Shown: in pieces, positions 24,507-34,895 of the stretch
How the letters are laid out: the number at the start of each line of letters is the position of its first letter
Position numbering within the stretch: the first letter of the stretch is position 1
Origin: Octopus sinensis
Taxonomy: Eukaryota
Assembly (NCBI RefSeq): GCF_006345805.1
Contig: NW_021829931.1
Coordinates: forward strand, 1-34,895
Length of the DNA stretch: 34,895 nucleotides
Reading direction: 5' to 3'
Translations under genes and position numbers: made by a program
The notes under the pieces: generated by a model
Databases searched by the model: none
Seen by the model: only the letters and a program-made list of their open reading frames with translations
What the model was told of the DNA's origin: nothing

Positions 24507-25557
24507 CACCATCATCATTATCATCATCATCCTCATCATCATCATCATCATCATCGTCATCATCATAATCATCATCATCATCATCATCATTATCATCACC
24601 ATCATCATCACCACCATCAACATCATCATCACCATCACCATCAACATCATCATCATCACCATCACCATCAACATCATCATCAACATCATCACCATTATCA
24701 TCATCATCACCATCATCATCATCACCATCATCATCATCACCATCATCACCATCACCATTATCATCATCATCACCATCACTATCAACATCATCATCAACAT
24801 CATCATCAACACCATCATCATCATTATAAACATTATAAAGAAGAGAAAATATGGCACTCGTGAAAAACCGAGAAACATCTACAAGTGAGGATTTCGTCTC
24901 GATGCCATTGGCGCCATTATTCTTCTGAGTTTGGATTTTTTTTTCTTTTTGTTATTCCTTTTACATATTTCCATTGTTTTTCGTCGGTTGCTTATTTCTT
25001 GTTTCTTAGGGTTTTTTTGGCTTTTGTTCTTTATTATTTATTTGTTTATTTACTTTTTACTCCTCTTTATTTTTGTCTTCCTTTTCTTCTTCTTCTTCTT
25101 CTTCTTCTTCTTCTTCTTCTTCTTCTTCTTCTTCTTCTTCTTCTTCTTCTTCTTCTTCTTCCTAATGAGACCAATTATGATGTTTGAAAAATATCATGAT
25201 TTGTGAGATAACGGAAATAATGACGATGGTGGTGGTGGTGGTGGTGGCGGCGGTGGTGGTGGTGGTGGTGGTGGTGGTGGTGGTGGTGGTGGTGGTGGTG
25301 GTGTCGGCGAAATGTTTCTGGTGTGGGTAAAGAGTATTTTTAGAGAGTGAGTCTGATGCGGGTAATTGAGGCAACAAGGAAGGAAAAATGAGAAAGAAGA
25401 AAAAAAAGAAAAAGAAGAAACAGAAAAGGAAATTGAAATGAATGAAGGAAAAGAAGAAAATTAAATATTGAAGTTAGAATTAGAATGCCAAAAAGATTTT
25501 TGCTTATAATCGGTAATTGGGGGGGGGTGATGGTGTCAGGTGATATTGCTGAGGTTA

Positions 25558-25591
<34 letters not shown>

Positions 25592-25855
25592 CGACGACGA
25601 CGACGATGACGACGATGATGATGACGACGACGATGGTGATGATGATGAGGGGGAGGAGGAGGAGGAGGAGGATAAATATAACTGATCCATTAGCTGTTGT
25701 TTAGCCCATGGTCGTGCTTCATTGAAATTGGATGATGTTGGTGACGGTGGTAGAGTGGTAAATGTTGATGATGGTGATGGTGGTGGTGATGATGGTGATG
25801 AGGATGATGGTGGTGATGATGATGTTGATGATGACGACGACGACGATGATGATGT

Positions 25856-25912
<57 letters not shown>

Positions 25913-25945
25913 CGACGACGATAATGATGATGATGATGATGATAT
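24416..25945. repeat. Cluster of trinucleotide arrays: (CAT/CAC)n, (TTC)n, (GGT)n, (GAT/GAC)n
   Basis: Direct reading; short unique spacers lie between the arrays. Confidence 0.95.
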
Positions 25946-26010
25946 GGCTGTTTTAATGAGAAAGGAAGTTATGTTGATAGTGGTATGTATCTCTGTTGGA
26001 CGATAACGGA

Positions 26011-26043
26011 TTTGACGTTTCGTGTTAAACACTTCACCAAAGC
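26011..26043 (-). ncRNA. Decayed minimal hammerhead motif
   Basis: 5'-GCT TTGGTGA A GTGT tta ACAC GAAA C G TC AAA-3'. Confidence 0.4.
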
Positions 26044-26624
26044 AAAATAAAAAAAAAATCTTTGATCAAACTGGTTGCTTGAAACACTTCCCATTTCAAA
26101 CAAAAAAAAACCCTAAAGGGGTTGAGAAGATATTTTGGTGCCATATTGACATGGTCTGTCTTCGCAGAAAAATGTTCGCTGCTTCGTAGTAGTGGTGGCG
26201 GCAGTGGAGTGAAAGTAGTGATCTTTGTAAGGGCAGCGGTGGTGGTGGTGGTGGTGGTGGTGGTGGTGGTTTTGGTGATGGTCGTGGTGTGGTGGTGGTG
26301 CTTGTGAAATCGCGCCTTTTTGTAATTCAAAAGAAGGGATTTCATCTTGTCAAAGTCGCTAAGTCTTTTTTTTTTCTGTAGTTCTTCGAGGTGTTTTTAG
26401 TGGTGGTATTGTTGTTGTTGTTGTTGTTGATTGTCAGTCATGGATATGACAGCTCATATCTACCCCCTCCTCGCCCCTCACCCCCAGTAAACGGTCAAAA
26501 CGTCCAAATTGATATTTTCATTAGTCTTCTTCAAAGGCCGATTGTTATCAGCAAACGCATACATATACATAGATACACATACACTTACATTTATACAAAC
26601 CTACACACATATATAATATATATG

Positions 26625-26717
<93 letters not shown>

Positions 26718-26839
26718 GTATATACGCTTGTATATATGTTTATTATATATATATATATATGTTTGTATATATGTATATATGTGTATATATATACATACTT
26801 AAGTACACACATACGTACATACATATACACACAATACAT

Positions 26840-26889
<50 letters not shown>

Positions 26890-27038
26890 TTCTATATATG
26901 TGTGTGTGTGTATTGACGTATGTATGTAGAAGAACAACAAATCGAAACGAGATGAAACAAAAGAATTTTCTCCAAGACAACTCTGTATGCGCGCGCTGTG
27001 TGTGTGTGTGTGTGTCTGTGTATGTATGCGTGTGTATG

Positions 27039-27076
<38 letters not shown>

Positions 27077-27511
27077 CTACGAAGGTTACTCAGTGCCAGA
27101 GAAGAGGATCTCCGCTCTATGAACATGGCATCCATCATCTTCCGAAATCTTGGGGACTTTGAATAGTTTGTAGCATAAAAGAAAGAAGAGGAGGAGAGGA
27201 TGAGTGGGGAGTGAGAGAGATGGGAGAGAGAAGGGGAAGAAATAGGAAGACAACAAGCACCGAACATAGATAAATAATCGGAGGTGGGGACGGCGGGGGG
27301 ACGGGTTGTCCACTTCGTCCTTCTCCCTCTCCGTCTATTCACACGTCTCTGTTTATATTACACAAACATAAATATATACGTAAATACATATTTATAAGTA
27401 TATACACATATATGATATACATGATATACATATATGGACATGCATGCACACACACGCAAACACACGCACATACACACACATATATGTATGTATGTGTACA
27501 TATACATACAT

Positions 27512-27551
<40 letters not shown>

Positions 27552-27579
27552 AAATGCATAACTATATACTTAACTTCAC

Positions 27580-27860
27580 ATATCTGTGTGTGTGAGTGTG
27601 TGTGAGTGTGTGTGAGTGTGTGTGTATGTGTGTGTATGTGTGTGCATGTGTGTGTGTGTGTGTAAGTGTGTGTATGTGTGTGTATGTGTGTATGTGTGCA
27701 TGTGTGTGTGTAAGTGTGTGTTTGTGTGTGTGCGTGTGTGTGTAAGTGTGTGTGTGTGTGTATGTGTGTGTATGTGTGTATGTGTGTGTTTGTGTGTGTG
27801 TAAGTGTGTATGTGTGTCTGTGTGTGTGTGTTTGTGTGTATGTGTGTGTGTGTGTGTCTT
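27580..27860. repeat. Degenerate (TG)n array
   Basis: Direct reading. Confidence 0.95.
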
Positions 27861-27877
27861 TAAATCAAGTGAGCACA

Positions 27878-27980
27878 AGCATGGCCGGATGGTTAACAAG
27901 TTGTCTTGGCAACCACAAGCTTCCAGGTTCGGTACCACCTTTTGGAATCTTGGAAATTTGTCTTCTACCATCGCCTCGAG
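27878..27980 (+). mobile_element. Old, degenerate SINE family 1 copy
   Basis: TGGCCGGATGGTTAA...CAACCACAAG.TTCCAGGTTCGGTACCAC...TGTCTTCTAC. Confidence 0.5.
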
Positions 27981-28499
27981 AGGATGCATACCATTTGGTG
28001 GAATTAGGGAGACAGAAAGGTTATTAAAGGACATCTGATAGGATGTACCCTGAATTCATACGGGTGCTCTGTTCCTTACTAATTCCACCGTCGTTATGGA
28101 AACGCTTGCCCGTTGAATACGAAACACCATTCTCTATAAGTCAACGAGTGGGTACTGTATAGTCATCGTCGAAACAGACGAGGGTGCTTCTTCTACTTTC
28201 TGTTTGGCTATGTATGCTTAAACATCCGACTAAACACTCCCACGCACACACTAACATAGACACACGGGCGGACACACACAATCGCGCCCGCGCGCGCAAG
28301 TGTACAGTTAAGTTCTTTCATCGGAATCTCTAACAGGGTTTATCTCCCCTGCACCCTCCCCTGCGCCCTCACCCGTTCTAGCACACACACCCACTCTACC
28401 CCCTTCCCACCCCGCCCACCCCCCGCTCACACTCCCTTATTTTACTTCACACATTCATTTATTTCACCCTTTTTTATCTCTCATCTCAATTCTCACACA

Positions 28500-28602
28500 A
28501 ATAATGGGTGTGTGCGTGAGCATGTATATGTGTGTGTGTGTATATGTCTATATGTATGTATGTATATATATATATACTTATATATATATGTATATATATA
28601 TA

Positions 28603-28664
<62 letters not shown>

Positions 28665-29000
28665 CATACATATATATATGCATATATATATATATGTATA
28701 TATATATACATATATATACATATTATATATACATATATATATATATATACATATATATGTGTATATATATATATATATATTACTATATATATGCATACAC
28801 ACACACATATATATATTCATATACGCACAGATACGCACACATAGATATGTGTATAAGCGTATATAGGCGTATATGTACTGACGTATCTGTGTATGAATGT
28901 ACACACACACAAACACAAAATACACACAGAAATACACACACACACACACTCACTCATACACACAGACACATACACACACACTCTCACATACACATACTGC
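28500..29000. repeat. Compound (TA)n/(CA)n microsatellite
   Basis: Direct reading. Confidence 0.95.
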
Positions 29001-29499
29001 ACAGAAAAAAAAATATACAGTTCGTTTTATTCCGACTTTGCGAAGCATGAAGACTTGTCTTTAATTGTTTATCATTCATTAATGAATGGTGACCGTTTTT
29101 TTGTGTAGAATGGAACACTTTGTTGTGCCAATCAGTGGAGGAGACGCCATATCCGAACTGGAATCATGAGATGTGAAGAGTCGCCAGTCGACAGCAGAAG
29201 CACTGGTTGTTAGCTCAACCGTATCGTCTGTGAAGAAACATCACTTGGATACGCTTGTCAGCGCGAGGAAGCTGTGAATACTTGGGAGGAATATAATAAA
29301 TAATAACATCTACAGACTGACATATGAAATAGTTCCTTAGTAAGTGAAAGGGTGTTGTACTGGAACCCCAGTCTCTTTCACATCCCCACACGTACACACA
29401 TACACACACATACACATACACACATACACACAAAGACACACACAGTCACACACAGTCACACACACAATCACACACACACATACATATATATATACATGA

Positions 29500-29544
<45 letters not shown>

Positions 29545-29924
29545 GTGTGTTTATTTCTTTGAAACTTTCTTCGTGCTGGAGAAAACCAAAAACGAAGATC
29601 TCAAGGTAATTGTTAACGATTCTCAAAGATTATAGAAGATATAATTACATGAAATGAAGAATGAATCTAAGAGGAAAATCTCAGTTTTGCTGGAAGTCAA
29701 GAGAGAAAGAACTATGGCCATTTTGGGGGGCTCCCGAGCCATGTATATTAATACTGTTAAAATCCTTTCTTAATTAGTTCTCGTTCTTTGAGAGATCAAT
29801 TAGCAGTTAAGTAGGTTTATGTTTAATTCCTTCCAGAAAATCCAAATTACTTTTGTGTCGCAATTAGCGCACCATTCCGACTTTTCGAAATATTTTCAAA
29901 CCTATAACCTGTAATTTCTTTCAG

Positions 29925-29961
29925 ATAAAACAGGAACTGCGATGTGGTGGCCTTCATTCTT
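29925..29961 (+). other. Candidate 37-nt internal exon of an unidentified host transcript
   Basis: Acceptor TAACCTGTAATTTCTTTCAG and donor GTAAGT (29962-29967); two frames are open; no homology recognised. Confidence 0.25.
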
Positions 29962-30984
29962 GTAAGTAACAGATACTTTGTATGTCTGACAACTGCTTAC
30001 TAATTAGGGGAAGGAGCTAAAAGAATGCCTTCTTGTGGTTCTAATCCAAACAGCAATAAAGGGGACTCCTAACGCTAAAAGTAACAATCTTCCTGCGAAT
30101 TTACCAGGCAAAGGACCATGCGGTTGATTGACCTGATATAAGGAGCAGCCAAATCTGCCTCACATCTAACACAGAAAAGTACAGTTGTGTCATTCTGCGA
30201 CCACAAGTACCATAACGCACTTTGTTCGACGCACCACCTTATGCATTTTCTCGCAGTTTATTACATCGTTTGCTGATATTCATACACCGAAACACTGCAC
30301 ACATGCACACAGACACACACATACAAGCTTATATACATACATATACACACGCATGCACACTTGTAAATTGTTATGTCAAAGTTCTATATTACAGAATTTC
30401 TACACAATTAATAAAAGAAAACCGTTCGATTCAATATCAATGCACACACACACACTAGCATGTGTGTGTATGCATGTATGGACGTATGTACATCATTAAA
30501 TGAATGATTAATCGAACTCAAATTCAAATAAACAAATCAGTCATCACAAATCAATATATTTCGGCGACAAATGCCTTAATCAATTACAATGCAATAGATA
30601 ACCCTTCACACTTCGTTTTTACAATCAGTTTGTAACTTAGTAATGATTTCACGACTATCTCCGATGACCAGTGGTTTCATAGAGACACAGCTCTGAAGCA
30701 GGCGGCACAGCTCTGAAACAGGCGGCACATCAGTTTGCAAGGTTTTTTTACAGCTGTAGTTTTTATCCTTCTGGTATTGGCAAAGCCGAGTTATGCAGTT
30801 GATAATTTTCCGGATAAAAAAGAAATTAAGAGAAGGTAGAAGGGAGAAAGTATAGAATAACCATTATGGATGCCAGGATGAGAAGAAGAATACATTTTAA
30901 TTTTTCTTCCATCACTATGGCACAAAATTATTGCTGTTGTTTTTCTTGTCTCAACCAGCCCAGAACAGAAAAATGATGAAGGTC

Positions 30985-31235
30985 CTTCCAGATGTGACCA
31001 AACAGTTAATTCAGAGATATATTGCGATCGATTGGAAGCACCGCACAAAAAAATTGTCGTAAAAGCATCCATCATTTGTCAACAATAAACGGTTATTGCT
31101 CTCATACGATATTGCAAGACCACATATTACCCAACCAACCAAAACACGAAAACACAACGACCCCAACTATGGTCGCTTTACCTAATCCTCCTTACACTCA
31201 TGAAGTCGCTCTATCGTTCCACCACCGCTCATATC
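30985..31235 (+). mobile_element. Decayed mariner transposase catalytic-domain fragment
   Basis: QTVNSEIYCDRLE..., KHPSFVNNKRLLLSYDIARPH (cf. HDNARPH), [13 protein letters not shown] (cf. LPHPPYSPDLAPS). Confidence 0.7.
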
Positions 31236-31407
31236 TCTCTGAGATATTTAGAAATTTAACATACATATATAATAATAATGATAATAATAATAATAATAAT
31301 ATAATAATAATAATATAATAATAATAATATAATAATAATAATAATAAAAAAAGAGGGAATATTGTTCCAAACTTTTTCATGGTGAATTGATAAAAGGTGT
31401 TTTTTCT

Positions 31408-31480
<73 letters not shown>

Positions 31481-31506
31481 CATACATATATATATACATA
31501 CAATAT

Positions 31507-31548
<42 letters not shown>

Positions 31549-31550
<2 letters not shown>

Positions 31551-31717
31551 ACACATTTTTTTCTCTCCTTCTTTCTCTCCTTGTTTTTCTGTGTACCTTC
31601 TGTAGAAGAGCGTAGGCTTGAAACGTAAAAGACTTTTTCTATATTCCTGAGCGTTATACTAATACATCTGTTTTTTTGTACACCCCCTGTCTTCGTCTTG
31701 TTTTTTTCGTAAACTTT

Positions 31718-31720
<3 letters not shown>
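31549..31720 (+). mobile_element. 172-bp hammerhead-containing unit between two (TA)n arrays (Penelope-like tail remnant)
   Basis: (TA)n on both sides; hammerhead motif at 31596-31631. Confidence 0.5.
31596..31631 (+). ncRNA. Near-canonical minimal type I hammerhead motif
   Basis: CCTT CTGTAGA A GAGC gtag GCTT GAAA C G TA AAAG: A6 changed to U, otherwise standard topology, GUA triplet. Confidence 0.55.
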
Positions 31721-31782
<62 letters not shown>

Positions 31783-31981
31783 GGAGTAAGCACATAAATG
31801 TGATGCAAGGTGGAAAAAAGAGTACTCAGATACCAGAGGTAGAGTAATATGCTTTATTTAAAAGCAGCAAAAAAAATAACAAAAGCTGTTACTCAGAGTT
31901 TGTTATAATTCAGCTTTTTTAAATTAAAGTATATATATATATATATAATATATATATATATATAAATAATGATAAAACAGT

Positions 31982-33158
31982 AAAAAACAAGTAAAAAAAG
32001 AAAATGCTAAAATAATTTTATAGTGAATTTCAGTACCGGTTTCGGTCATTTTGAGACCTTTTCAACTGTAACGATTAAATAATTAAATTTAGAAAAATTA
32101 GAAGAAAAAAAGTTTTTAAAATAATTTTCTATAGTAGTGTTCAGATTTAAGTGGCATTCTGCCTTTCTCTGACTCCCTTGTTTGCACTTGTGTGTTCGAG
32201 ATAGTTGTGAGTTCTTGGTAGGTTAGTAGAGGGAAGGCTGGTGAGGAAAGGGGGGTGGGAGAATCTGGGAGTGCCCTGATGGTCGTATTTTGAATGGTCA
32301 GTGGCGGCTGGCAGTCTCAGTTCAATCCAGGAGAATATTTATATTGACAGGCTTGTTTATAGAATTAGCGTAGGTGTTATACTAAAACATTAGTAACAAC
32401 TTAAGGGGTAGGGGTGGAGAAAAGAAGAAGAAGAAGAAGAAGAAGGAGAAGGAGAAGGAGAAGATGACGATGATGGTGATGGTGGTGATGATTATACGAC
32501 GATGATGATGATAACGATGATGATGAAGAAGAAGAGAAGAAGAAGAAGAAGAAGAAGAAAGGAGGAAGAAGGAGAAGATGGTGGTGATGATGGTGGCGAT
32601 GATGATGATGCCGATGATGATGATAACGATGATGATGATGAAGAAGAGGAAGAAGAAGAAGAAAAAAACAGAGAGGGAGAATATGAATGGGTGTAAATAT
32701 AGCTATGAAGGGGCTGATTAGTAATGGATTCTATGGAGTGTAGTATTTGTGTGTGTTATTATATTTTTTTCTTTTATTCTAAAGTTGAGGTATATTAATT
32801 GTTTGTCGTAGACCCGTTAAGAAGTGGCTGTATTTTGTAATAAAGAGATTTTCTTTACTTATTCGTTGTCTCGAGGTTGTATCGTCCCCTAATTGGTAGA
32901 GGGGGAAAATTCTGAAGTTTGGTGTTTTTTTGTTGGCGCAAGTATCTATGTGTTGGCTAAAAGCTATTTTTTTCTGTTTTTGGTATTTTTATCTGGGATC
33001 TGTGCAGGGCCATTCGTTACGCAAACCATTTTTTGTTTGGCCTATGTACTGCTCTTGACACCCGGAGCAGGTTAGTGAGTATATTAGGTTCTCCGAAGCA
33101 CATGTGAAGTTGCTTTTCACTGTAAAACGTTGTCCCTGTTTGAAGGAGAACTCAGAAC
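31982..33158 (-). mobile_element. Penelope-like element, inverted 5'-truncated copy (left arm of the palindrome)
   Basis: Reverse complement of 33391-34562, including the GIY-YIG segment, the internal microsatellite and the hammerhead. Confidence 0.9.
32028..32071 (-). ncRNA. Minimal type I hammerhead ribozyme, U3-A8 core variant (left arm)
   Basis: 5'-TTA CAG TTGAAAA GGTC tcaaaat GACC GAAA C cg G TA CTG AAA-3'. Confidence 0.7.
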
Positions 33159-33184
33159 TCAGAACTCAGAACTCAGAACTCAGA
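33147..33184 (+). repeat. (AGAACTC)x5 + AGA tandem heptamer at the inversion junction
   Basis: Units start at 33147, 33154, 33161, 33168 and 33175. Confidence 0.95.
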
Positions 33185-33227
33185 CACCATCCTCCACAAC
33201 ATACCCCTCCTAAAAAAAGACCACAGA

Positions 33228-33730
33228 ATGAACACAATCCTCCAAACACACACGATCATAAAAAGCAAAAGACAGCCTAGATCCATGAAAAGTCTCCTTA
33301 CACAAGCCCGAATTCACTCTTCAACACAGAAGCCGACAGTAAAAAAATGTGGAAGACCCAATTGCGGGATATGCGACTATCTAATCGAGGGTTCTGAGTT
33401 CTCCTTCAAACAGGAACAACGTTTTACAGTGAAAAGCAACTTCACATGTGCTTCGGAGAACCTAATATACTCACTAACCTGCTCCGGGTGTCAAGAGCAT
33501 ACATAGGCCAAACAAAAAATGGTTTGCGTAAACGAATGGCCCTGCACAGATCCCAGATAAAAATTCCCCAAAACAGAAAAATAGCTTTTAGCCAACACAT
33601 AGATACTTGCGCAAACAAAAAAACCCCAAACTTCAGAATTTTCCCCCTCTACCAATTTAGGGACGATACAACCTCGAGACAACGAATAAGTAAAGAAATC
33701 TCTTTATTACAAAATACAAGCACTTCTTAA
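33228..33730 (+). pseudogene. GIY-YIG endonuclease domain of the Penelope-like element (1-nt frameshift near 33500)
   Basis: ORFs 33228-33506 and 33446-33730 join as NLIYSLTCSGCQE(Q)YIGQTKNGLRKRMALHRSQIK; the left arm preserves EQYIGQT in frame. Confidence 0.85.
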
Positions 33731-34470
33731 CGGGTCTACGACAAACAATTAATATACCTCAACTTTAGAATAAAAGAAAAAAATATATATACACACACAA
33801 ATACTACACTCCATAGAATCCATTACTATCAGCCCTTCATAGCTATATTTACACCCATTCATATTCTCCCTTCTCTGTTTTTTCTTCTTCTTCTTCTTCG
33901 CTTCTTCTTCATCATCATCGTTATCATCATCATCGGCATCATCATCATCGCCACCATCATCACCACCATCTTCTCCTTCTCCTCCTTCTTCTTCTTCTTC
34001 TTCTTCTTCATCATCATCGTTATCATCATCATCGTCGTATAATCATCACCACCATCACCATCATCGTCATCTTCTCCTTCTCCTTCTCCTTCTTCTTCTT
34101 CTTTTCTTCTTCTTCTTCTCCACCCCTACCCCTTAAGTTTGTTACTAATGTTTTTTAGTATAACACCTACGCTAATTCTATAAACAAGCCTGTCAATATA
34201 AATATTCTCCTGGATTGAACTGAGACTGCCAGCCGCCACCTGACCATTCAAAATACGACCATCAGGGCACTCCCAGATTCTCCCACCCCCCTTTCCTCAC
34301 CAGCCTTCCCTCTACTACCTACCAAGAACTCACAACTACCCTACCAAAAACCACAAGTGCAAACAAGGGAGTCAGAGAAAGGCAGAATGCCACTTAAATC
34401 TGAACACTACTATAGAAATATTCTTTTAAAAAGCTTTTCTTCTAATTTTTCTAAATTTAATTATTTATCG

Positions 34471-34514
34471 TTACAGTTGAAAAGGTCTCAAAATGACCGA
34501 AACCGGTACTGAAA
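34471..34514 (+). ncRNA. Minimal type I hammerhead ribozyme, U3-A8 core variant (right arm)
   Basis: CAG(34474-76) TTGAAAA(34477-83) GGTC/GACC helix II, GAAA(34499-502), ACCGGT palindrome, GUA triplet(34506-08), CTG(34509-11). Confidence 0.7.
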
Positions 34515-34601
34515 TGTTCACTATAAAATTATTTTAGCATTTTCTATTTTTTACTTGTTTTTTTTCAATATATCAACTCGTGTGTTCCTTTTCACCCTTA
34601 T

Positions 34602-34635
<34 letters not shown>

Positions 34636-34636
<1 letters not shown>

Positions 34637-34793
34637 CGACGGACTTCTTTCAGTTTCCATCTACCAAATCCACTCACAAGGCTTTGGTTGGCCTGAGGCT
34701 ATAATAGAAGATACTTGCCCAAGGTGCCATGCAGTGGGATTGAACCCAGAAACATGTGGTTGGGAAGCAAGCTTCTTACCACACAACCACGCC
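34636..34793 (-). mobile_element. SINE family 1, full length, with a (TA)n tail (34606-34636)
   Basis: Minus strand AGGCGTGGTTGTGTGGTAAGAAGC...GGGTTCAATCCC...CCTTGGGCAAGT (CORE-like)...GAAACTGAAAGAAGTCCGTCG-(TA)n. Confidence 0.85.
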
Positions 34794-34895
34794 TAGAAAG
34801 TACGTAGGTTGAGGTTTAGCCGCTATTTCTAGTAAATCGTGTAACCTCTTCATTGACCCGTGGTTATTTTTATAATGGCTTGTGTAAATTGGAGC

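Larger units (their letters stand above)
33185..34562 (+). mobile_element. Penelope-like retroelement (Neptune-type linker), 5'-truncated: GIY-YIG endonuclease region plus 3' tail
   Basis: KCGRPNCGIC Cys motif, CASENLIYSLTCSGC, YIGQT, RMALHR; tail carries the hammerhead and lies near (TA)n. Confidence 0.9.

Noticed and set aside
26391-27122. 243-aa ORF with a signal-peptide-like start ([18 protein letters not shown])
   Set aside because: The hydrophobic stretch is a (TTG)n repeat, the start is a GTG, and the rest is TA/CA repeat.
30686-30729. 20-bp tandem duplication CACAGCTCTGAA(G/A)CAGGCGG
   Set aside because: Only two units, so an ordinary local duplication and not a CRISPR-like array.

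Overview
This is AT-rich, microsatellite-saturated eukaryotic non-coding DNA, probably intronic or intergenic. The SINE types and repeat make-up resemble an octopus (coleoid cephalopod) genome; that is my recollection, not a database result. No host gene can be supported, and almost all listed ORFs are translations of microsatellites. The recognisable content is decayed mobile DNA: R4/Dong-type LINE pieces (RT, CCHC knuckle, restriction-like endonuclease) sitting in (TAA)n arrays; Tx1/L1, CR1-group and RTE LINE relics; three mariner/Tc1 relics; at least three tRNA-derived SINE families; and a ~520-bp TAA-tailed repeat without a tRNA head. A Penelope-like (GIY-YIG) element forms a ~1.17-kb inverted repeat at 31982-34562. 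The best observation is that each arm carries a minimal type I hammerhead ribozyme with a non-canonical core, UUGAAAA instead of CUGANGA. This is a compensatory U3-A8 swap of the C3-G8 tertiary pair, and the motif has a palindromic helix III suited to dimer formation. About seven further hammerhead-like relics of different sequence are scattered through the window, several beside (TA)n arrays. The inversion junction carries a 5x reiterated heptamer that looks like repeated reverse-transcriptase realignment.
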